This document shows, in pieces, positions 37,922 to 44,264 of a stretch of DNA of 44,264 nucleotides. Position 1 is the stretch's first letter. Each line of letters starts with the position of its first letter. The position numbers were made by a program, and so were the translations under genes. The notes below the pieces were generated by a model. It searched no databases, was not told where the DNA came from, and saw only the letters and a program-made list of their open reading frames with translations. Source of the stretch: an uncultured bacterium (lineage in GTDB: Bacteria > Verrucomicrobiota > Verrucomicrobiia > Limisphaerales > JACDHS01); NCBI GenBank assembly GCA_966095605.1, contig CBHTTJ010000019.1:1-44264 (forward strand), given 5' to 3'.

Positions 37922-38698
37922 GTGCCAAACGAATGGGTTCTCATCACTGGCGCTTCCTCCGGCATCGGACTGGAGTTGGCGCGCGCTTTTGCGAGGAACA
38001 AATTCAACGTGATCTTGCTTTCTCGCAGCGAAGGACGCCTGAAAGACCTCGCCACGTCGCTGAACAAGGAGCATGGCGTTGAGACACGCATCCTGGTGAA
38101 AGACCTGGGCAAGCCCGGGATCGCTAAAGAAATTTTTTCTGAACTCCAGCGCGAGAATATTTTTGTGTCGGTCCTCGTGAACAATGCTGGATTCGGAGCC
38201 GGGGAATTTTTTGCCAAGGAGAACATCGAGGTTTGCACGGAGATGGTGCAGACCAACATCACAGCGTTGATGGAACTGACTTATTTTTTCCTGAAGCCAA
38301 TGCTGGAGAAAAAAAGCGGACGCATTCTGAACGTTGCCTCAACGGCGGCATTTCAGCCCGGCCCTAAAATGGCGGTGTACTACGCGAGCAAGGCTTTTGT
38401 ATTTTCCTTCTCCAACGCTATCGCAAACGAAGTTGCCGGCACTGGCGTCACCGTCACGACGCTCTGCCCTGGGCCGACCCGAACAGAATTTCATCTACGC
38501 GCGAGCACGAGGCGATCGCCAGCCGTGTCGAAATTCATGATGACGGCGGAAGAAGTGGCGCAGCTTGGATTTGAAGGATCGATGAAAGGAAAGCGGATCA
38601 TCGTTCCCGGATTAGTCAACAAATTGGGTGTCGCGTTGTCGAAGATCATGCCAACGCGATTCAGTGCAGCAGCTGTTCGGAAAGTTCTAGATCACTAA
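37922..38698 (+). CDS. SDR-family short-chain dehydrogenase/reductase.
   Basis: TGASSGIG Rossmann motif, NNAG, and catalytic YxxxK (YYASK). GTG start. Confidence 0.85.
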   Translation: MPNEWVLITGASSGIGLELARAFARNKFNVILLSRSEGRLKDLATSLNKEHGVETRILVKDLGKPGIAKEIFSELQRENIFVSVLVNNAGFGAGEFFAKENIEVCTEMVQTNITALMELTYFFLKPMLEKKSGRILNVASTAAFQPGPKMAVYYASKAFVFSFSNAIANEVAGTGVTVTTLCPGPTRTEFHLRASTRRSPAVSKFMMTAEEVAQLGFEGSMKGKRIIVPGLVNKLGVALSKIMPTRFSAAAVRKVLDH

Positions 38699-39012
38699 GC
38701 GGGTACGGGTTCGACATTTTGCACCATGGGAGCTTCTTTGCCAGGCGAATAGCAACGAACCAGGCGGCCATTCACAAAAACGCGGTGTGTTTCGCCGGAA
38801 AAGATGCCGCGGACTTTTTCGACGGTGACCTGAAGTCGCTCGTGAATGCCGACGTCAAAAGAATGCCGTTGTCGGCGGGGCGCGAAAACGACGTGTCTGG
38901 TCTTGGCGCGTTCGACATTGTCGATCTTGATGACAAACACTCCCATCAAGGGCTTTGTTTCACATTCCAGACGATGCTTTTCGCATTCTCCAACCTCTAA
39001 CGAAAACTTCAT
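38695..39012 (-). CDS. Hypothetical protein of ~105 aa from Met 39012. The ORF is open to 39138.
   Basis: An ORF of reasonable amino-acid composition convergent with the SDR gene (4-bp stop overlap). No recognisable domain and no clear SD. Confidence 0.3.
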   Translation of the reverse strand: MKFSLEVGECEKHRLECETKPLMGVFVIKIDNVERAKTRHVVFAPRRQRHSFDVGIHERLQVTVEKVRGIFSGETHRVFVNGRLVRCYSPGKEAPMVQNVEPVPA

Positions 39013-39261
39013 AGGCGTTACAAAGACCGAGAAGGGCAGAAACCGTGCCGCGCAGCGGTGTTCCCGCAAAATAAGGGATTTCACTGAGCAGCAACGAACC
39101 GCAGTCCTACAAAGGATGATTTTTACAGCCAAAAACAAGGGATCGGAACGTCACAGTTATCGTCGCGAACCCTTTTGCAATTGAAAGAATCGTCAGAAAG
39201 GACCTCAAATCTGCGATTCGGACGATGGGAGATTTTCGCCAGACTCTGAAATGTGAGCGTG

Positions 39262-40488
39262 TCAGATCTTAAGAAAAATCTTACGCCGGTGCATCCATAG
39301 ACACATGAGCCAGAGCATAATAAGAGCGAAGGCGCATTGCACAAATGGAGCGTAAATCTTTCCGAACGATTCGAAGATGCTTTGGCCAAGAATGGTTTTA
39401 CCCATTGAAATGATAAATCCGTAGAACAAGTGAGCCATCAGATACATCGCGATGGAATTCATTCCGACCACCAGCAGAGGAAAGGCCCAGCGCTGCCATT
39501 TGCGAACGTCGATCAACCAATAAAATCCCGCGAGCAACAAGAACGTCCATCCCGCGCTGAAGATGGCCCATGACGGAGTCCATATCTTTTTCACCGAAGG
39601 ACAAATTCCTGAAATATCCAGAATTTTGCCAACCGTAAGAAAAGAAAAGCCGGCGATAATCAACCACCAAAATTTCTGCATAGGAAGTTTTCCGCTGCGC
39701 AGAAGGTTCCCCGCGAGCAGTCCAAAGATCATCGTTGCAAGAGAAGGAACAAAGTTCAGAGTCAGATAGCCTCCTCCATTGAAAACAAATGGTTTTTCGC
39801 GCGGGAACAGATTGAGAAACCATTGGTCGACGGCGTTTGCGAAGTTGAAGTTCTTGTCCCAGTGAGCGGCAAAGCCTTGCAAGTGCGGCCAGTTTTCTGG
39901 AACACCCACAGAAGCCCAGTCAAAGTTCTCCGGCGGGAGCGGATACCATGCAAACAATAACCAGTAGCCGATCAAGATAACGACTGCCGCAAGAGCTTGA
40001 GCGCGCGGCTTTACCCAGCTCAAGAGAAAAAGAAACGTGTAGCCAAGACCAATCTGCGTCAGGACATCTTCAAAAGTGAAATAGGTTTGTTTCCGTCCCA
40101 CGGACCGCAGGAAAATTCCGAGAGCGATAAGTAACACGGAGCGCCAAACGGCGTGGAAAAACATTTTCCCAAATAAATCGCCCTTGCTTCTGCGGTTCGC
40201 AATAGAAAAAGGCATCGCAACTCCCACCATGAACATGAACGAGGGTTGGATTAAATCCCATAGAGCGCATCCGGTCCATTCGACGTGGCTGAATTCATAA
40301 CCGAGCAACTGCCATACAGCGCTATCTTTGAAGTTGCGGGCGATGGCAGCAAAGCCCAGTCCTTCCGAGGCCATGAGTAACATGACAAAGCCTCGGTAGG
40401 CATCCAGCGAATGAAGACGTGTTGAGGCAGACGGCGCAGCGAGGTTCGCGCCCACGGTTGATTTATTCTCCGCCGCTGCTGCTTCCAT
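39262..40488 (-). CDS. Polytopic membrane protein of the DUF5009/DUF1624, heparan-alpha-glucosaminide N-acetyltransferase-like (acyltransferase-3 related) family.
   Basis: N-terminal family signature LHSLDAYRGFVMLLM followed by ~10 TM helices. A start at ATG 40488 overlaps the dnaE 3' end by 26 bp. An internal GTG at 40455 avoids the overlap. Confidence 0.65.
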   Translation of the reverse strand: MEAAAAENKSTVGANLAAPSASTRLHSLDAYRGFVMLLMASEGLGFAAIARNFKDSAVWQLLGYEFSHVEWTGCALWDLIQPSFMFMVGVAMPFSIANRRSKGDLFGKMFFHAVWRSVLLIALGIFLRSVGRKQTYFTFEDVLTQIGLGYTFLFLLSWVKPRAQALAAVVILIGYWLLFAWYPLPPENFDWASVGVPENWPHLQGFAAHWDKNFNFANAVDQWFLNLFPREKPFVFNGGGYLTLNFVPSLATMIFGLLAGNLLRSGKLPMQKFWWLIIAGFSFLTVGKILDISGICPSVKKIWTPSWAIFSAGWTFLLLAGFYWLIDVRKWQRWAFPLLVVGMNSIAMYLMAHLFYGFIISMGKTILGQSIFESFGKIYAPFVQCAFALIMLWLMCLWMHRRKIFLKI

Positions 40489-43400
40489 TGGATTTCATTT
40501 CCCAACGCCGCTTCTCCCTCTCGGGCAGGGCGGTATCGACCTTGGCGTAATAAGTTTCTTCACCAAATTGTTCGTCGATGACCTGCTGAAGTTGGTGTGA
40601 AGGTGTGACGAAATATTTTTCGTGCGATTCAATGAAAATGATTTCGCCGCTCGGCCGCTTCAAACAAAGGAAGAGCGGACATTTTCCGGGGGAAGCGGCG
40701 GTAACATTGCGAATGGTCTCGAAACTTTGCGGAGTCAGATGCGCGGTGTTCAGCCGGAGATGAACCTGTTTCGTGTATTTCTTCGGGGCATCTTCCAAAG
40801 CCATCATTTCCTGCGGGAAAATCTTCGGCTTTTCCTCGTTGTTCACTTCGCCAATGACCAGCAGGGCCTTGTTCGCCACAAACAAATCCCGATACTTGTC
40901 GTAATTTTCGTTCATGCAAAGAACCTGTACCGAACCTTGGAGGTCTTCGATCGTGACCATCGCATAAGGCTTGTTGCTCTTTTTGGAGATACCTTGTTGA
41001 ACCACCGAAACCATGCCGCCAATACGCGTCATGGAACGATTGGGAAGACCAGCGAGGTCATTTGTTTTATGAACGGAAAACTTATTGAGCAACGGCGCCA
41101 GCGGCGTAAGCGGATGACCTGTGACATAAAAGCCCAACAATTCCTTTTCATGCGCCAGAAGTTCGTGCTGCGGCCATTCCGGGAGCTGTTTCTCCGGCTC
41201 CACTTTTTTCGGCGCGGCGTCTTCGAACATGCCGAACATGGTGTCCTGGCCCTTTTGGCTGTCCGCGATGATTCCCGCCGCCCGCGCCAGCACACGATCA
41301 ATCCGCCCGAACATCGTTGCGCGCGTCTCGCGAAATGAATCCAAAGCGCCAGCCTTCACGAGAGCTTCGAGGATCTTCTTATTTACGGTACGGCCATCAA
41401 CGCGTTCGCACAGTTCATCCAATGAACTAAATCTTCCGTCCTTTTGCCGGGCTTCGAGAATGTTTTGGACGGCGATTTCGCCAACACCTTTGATCGCAGC
41501 AAGCCCGAAACGAATGGTGTTTTCCTTGCCTGCGGCTGGCGCGAAATGAACAAAGCTTTCATTAATATCAGGGCCGAGAACTTCAATGCCGAAAATCTTT
41601 GCCTCTTCAATGAGGATACTGAGTTTTTCAGTATTACTCATATCGTTCGTCATGTTCGCTGCGAAGAACTCGACGGGGTAATTGGCCTTCAGGTAGGCGG
41701 TCTGGTAGGCAACGATCGCATAAGCCGCGGCATGGGATTTATTGAAACCGTAACCCGCAAATTTTTCCAGCAAGTCGAAGATTTCGTTGGCCTTTGCCGC
41801 CGGGATATTGTTCACCTTGGCAGCGCCTTTCACGAACGTCTCGCGCTGCTTCTGCATTTCCTCGACCTTTTTCTTGCCCATGGCGCGACGCAGCAAATCA
41901 GCGCCGCCCAGTGTATAGCCGGCGAGCAACTGTGCGGCCTGCATCACTTGTTCCTGATAGATAAGAACCCCGTAGGTCTCTTTCGAAATAGGTTCCAGCA
42001 ACGGATGGGGATATTCGATCTTTACTTCACCGTGACGACGCTTGATGAAGTCGGGAATCAGATCCATCGGGCCGGGGCGATAAAGTGCCACGAGCGCGGT
42101 AATGTGTTCGACTGAACTGATCTGGAACTTCCGGCAAAGATCGCGCATGCCACCCGATTCCAACTGGAAGATCGCAACAGTGTTCGCCTTGTTCAAAAGA
42201 TCGTAAGTCTTCGGATCATCCAGCGGGAGCGTGTCAATCGGCACATCAATGCCTTTGGTTTGCTTTACCAATTCACACGTATTGCGAATAACCGTCAGCG
42301 TCTTCAACCCAAGGAAGTCCATTTTCAGCAGGCCCAGATCGCCAACAGGACCCATGGCGTATTGCGTGACGATCGTGCCATCTTCGTCCTGCTTTAAAGG
42401 AAGCAAGTTGACCAGAGGCTGATCACCGATCACCACGCCGGCCGCATGCACACTGGAATTACGGGTAATATCTTCGAGAACAAATGCGGTATCGACCAAT
42501 TCCCTGGTGACCTCTTCTGTTTCGTAAGCTGTTTTGAAATCTGCCGAAACCGCGAGTGCCTTTTCCAGGGACATCTTGAGCTCGTTGGGAATCATTTTCG
42601 CCAGGCGATCACATTCACCGTAGCTCAGGCCCATGACACGCCCGACGTCGCGGATCACGGACTTCGCGCCCATCGTGCCAAACGTAATAATCTGCGCGAC
42701 AGAATCGCGTCCATACTTCTGCCGGACGTATTCGATGACGTCGGCGCGACGGTCGTCCGCAAAGTCGATGTCGATATCGGGAGGATTAACACGTTCCGGG
42801 TTCAGGAAGCGTTCGAACAGCAACGCGTACCGAATGGGATCAACGTTGGCGATTTCCAGAAGATAAGTGACCAGTGAACCGGCCGCGCTACCACGCGCCA
42901 CGCAAGAGACGCCAATACTCCGACCGTAATGGACGAAATCAGCCACGATGAGGAAGTAGGAAATGAATCCCGTCTTTTCGATGACCTTCAGTTCCGACTG
43001 TAAACGATCAATCACCTCTTTGATGGCGGCAGCGGTTTCGAGATCGTTGATGTCATTCGAAGGATCCTTTTTCCCAATCAGCGAAAACTTCGGCAAACGC
43101 GCGGCATCCTCAACCTTTTCAACAATGAATTGTTCACCTTCCGCGCGGGCGTGCAGTGTGTAGCGTTTGTAGAGACCTTCCGCCAGCAGCTTTCGGAGCA
43201 AACCTTCGCGAGTATAGTGTTCCGGAGGCGTCACAATTGGGTAGTGCAACGTTTTGAAATCAAATTCGACGTTACACTTTTCCGCCACCTCCAGCGTATT
43301 CTTCACGGCCTCGGGAACTTCATGGAACAGATTCTTCATCTCCTCAGCCGAGCGCAGGAAAAATTGTTCGGGCTGATACCGCATTCGCTTCGTTTCAGCG

Positions 43401-44104
43401 AGCTGCGTCTGGGTTCCAATGCAAATCAGACAGTCGTGGGCGTGGGAATGACCCTTTTCGACGTAATGGACATCGTTCGTGCAAACCAGTTTGAGACCGA
43501 ATTCCTTGGACCAGGGAATCAGATGTTTATTAACGCGGGTCTGTTCCTCGATGCCATGGTTTTGCAGTTCGAGATAAAAGTTTTCCGGCCCCAAAGTCTG
43601 TTTAAACCAATCGATCGCGTGACGCGCTTTTTCCAAATCGCCTTTGACGATGTTTTCAGGGATTTCGCTGGCCAGACAACCTGACAGCGCAATGAGGCCT
43701 TCGTGATTGGCGGCGAGAATTTCTTTATCGATACGGGGCTTATAATAATAGCCTTCAAGGTGGGCCGACGTAACGAGCTTGATGAGATTTTTGTAACCCG
43801 CTTCGTCTTTGGCGAGGAGGACGAGGTGGTTATAAACATCCCGCCCGCCGCCGGTCGCAGACTTTTTCTCCAGGCGGCTCCCCGGGGCGACATACACCTC
43901 ACAACCAATGATCGGTTTGATTCCTTGCTTGCGTGCCGCCTGGTAAAAATCCACCGCACCGTAAAGCACCCCGTGGTCGGTGATGCTCATTGCGGGAAAC
44001 TTCAGTTCGTGCGCCCGCTCGATAAGTTTGTCCAGACGGCAAGCCCCATCGAGCAACGAATACTCGGTGTGCAGGTGCAGGTGGACGAACTCAGCGTGCG
44101 ACAT
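40463..44104 (-). CDS. dnaE: DNA polymerase III alpha subunit.
   Basis: 1213 aa. N-terminal PHP domain ([14 protein letters not shown]...ITDHG), polymerase core, and a C-terminal OB fold. Confidence 0.95.
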   Translation of the reverse strand: MSHAEFVHLHLHTEYSLLDGACRLDKLIERAHELKFPAMSITDHGVLYGAVDFYQAARKQGIKPIIGCEVYVAPGSRLEKKSATGGGRDVYNHLVLLAKDEAGYKNLIKLVTSAHLEGYYYKPRIDKEILAANHEGLIALSGCLASEIPENIVKGDLEKARHAIDWFKQTLGPENFYLELQNHGIEEQTRVNKHLIPWSKEFGLKLVCTNDVHYVEKGHSHAHDCLICIGTQTQLAETKRMRYQPEQFFLRSAEEMKNLFHEVPEAVKNTLEVAEKCNVEFDFKTLHYPIVTPPEHYTREGLLRKLLAEGLYKRYTLHARAEGEQFIVEKVEDAARLPKFSLIGKKDPSNDINDLETAAAIKEVIDRLQSELKVIEKTGFISYFLIVADFVHYGRSIGVSCVARGSAAGSLVTYLLEIANVDPIRYALLFERFLNPERVNPPDIDIDFADDRRADVIEYVRQKYGRDSVAQIITFGTMGAKSVIRDVGRVMGLSYGECDRLAKMIPNELKMSLEKALAVSADFKTAYETEEVTRELVDTAFVLEDITRNSSVHAAGVVIGDQPLVNLLPLKQDEDGTIVTQYAMGPVGDLGLLKMDFLGLKTLTVIRNTCELVKQTKGIDVPIDTLPLDDPKTYDLLNKANTVAIFQLESGGMRDLCRKFQISSVEHITALVALYRPGPMDLIPDFIKRRHGEVKIEYPHPLLEPISKETYGVLIYQEQVMQAAQLLAGYTLGGADLLRRAMGKKKVEEMQKQRETFVKGAAKVNNIPAAKANEIFDLLEKFAGYGFNKSHAAAYAIVAYQTAYLKANYPVEFFAANMTNDMSNTEKLSILIEEAKIFGIEVLGPDINESFVHFAPAAGKENTIRFGLAAIKGVGEIAVQNILEARQKDGRFSSLDELCERVDGRTVNKKILEALVKAGALDSFRETRATMFGRIDRVLARAAGIIADSQKGQDTMFGMFEDAAPKKVEPEKQLPEWPQHELLAHEKELLGFYVTGHPLTPLAPLLNKFSVHKTNDLAGLPNRSMTRIGGMVSVVQQGISKKSNKPYAMVTIEDLQGSVQVLCMNENYDKYRDLFVANKALLVIGEVNNEEKPKIFPQEMMALEDAPKKYTKQVHLRLNTAHLTPQSFETIRNVTAASPGKCPLFLCLKRPSGEIIFIESHEKYFVTPSHQLQQVIDEQFGEETYYAKVDTALPEREKRRWEMKSNGSSSGGE

Positions 44105-44264
44105 GAAACAAATTTATGTCCTGCTTTGACGTGTGCGCAACTTCAATCAAACACCTGTTCCCGAAGAACCCCTCGTTTTGAATCGTATTGAATCTCGAGC
44201 CGGTCCCGGTCGACGACGGTAACATGGATCGTCACCGTGATATTCGTCCCCGCCGGCTGCATGA

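Noticed and set aside
38719-39184. Plus-strand ORFs (93 aa and 112 aa) opposite the 38695-39138 hypothetical gene.
   Set aside because: They have no motifs and poor composition. At most one strand can code here, and neither option is well supported.

Overview
A 44.3-kb chromosomal window (~57% GC) with mostly housekeeping content, probably from a Verrucomicrobia- or Planctomycetes-like bacterium (inferred from the giant LamG/autotransporter-beta-strand-repeat protein). Left to right, the window holds the following. (1) The 3' part of a gene for an FN3-domain protein. (2) A minus-strand sulfate-uptake operon (porin O/P - sbp - cysT - cysW - cysA) with a divergent Rrf2 regulator. (3) A flotillin (YqiK-like) gene. 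(4) A 1.1-kb non-coding region containing a ~42-bp degenerate tandem-repeat array. (5) yciH, a PLD/cardiolipin-synthase gene and a small W-x-x-G-x-W repeat lipoprotein. (6) A 12-gene complex-I operon in the order nuoA-B-C-D-I-H-J-K-L-M-M'-N, with no nuoEFG and a duplicated nuoM. (7) A truncated paralog of the FN3 gene. (8) A 1803-aa secreted giant multidomain protein (three LamG domains, a Gly-rich region, PATR repeats, cadherin-like domains). (9) A VOC/PhnB-like gene. (10) A second ~42-bp tandem-repeat array of the same family as (4). (11) Pyruvate:ferredoxin oxidoreductase (nifJ/por). (12) A class-A beta-lactamase-like lipoprotein, a small HNH protein, an SDR, an HGSNAT/DUF5009-like membrane protein and dnaE. 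I saw no tRNA or rRNA genes, CRISPR arrays or obvious mobile elements. The most unusual features are the two repeat arrays with a TTTTTCCG-N3-CGGAAAAA palindromic core, the non-canonical complex-I operon next to PFOR, and the giant surface protein with an adjacent gene remnant.
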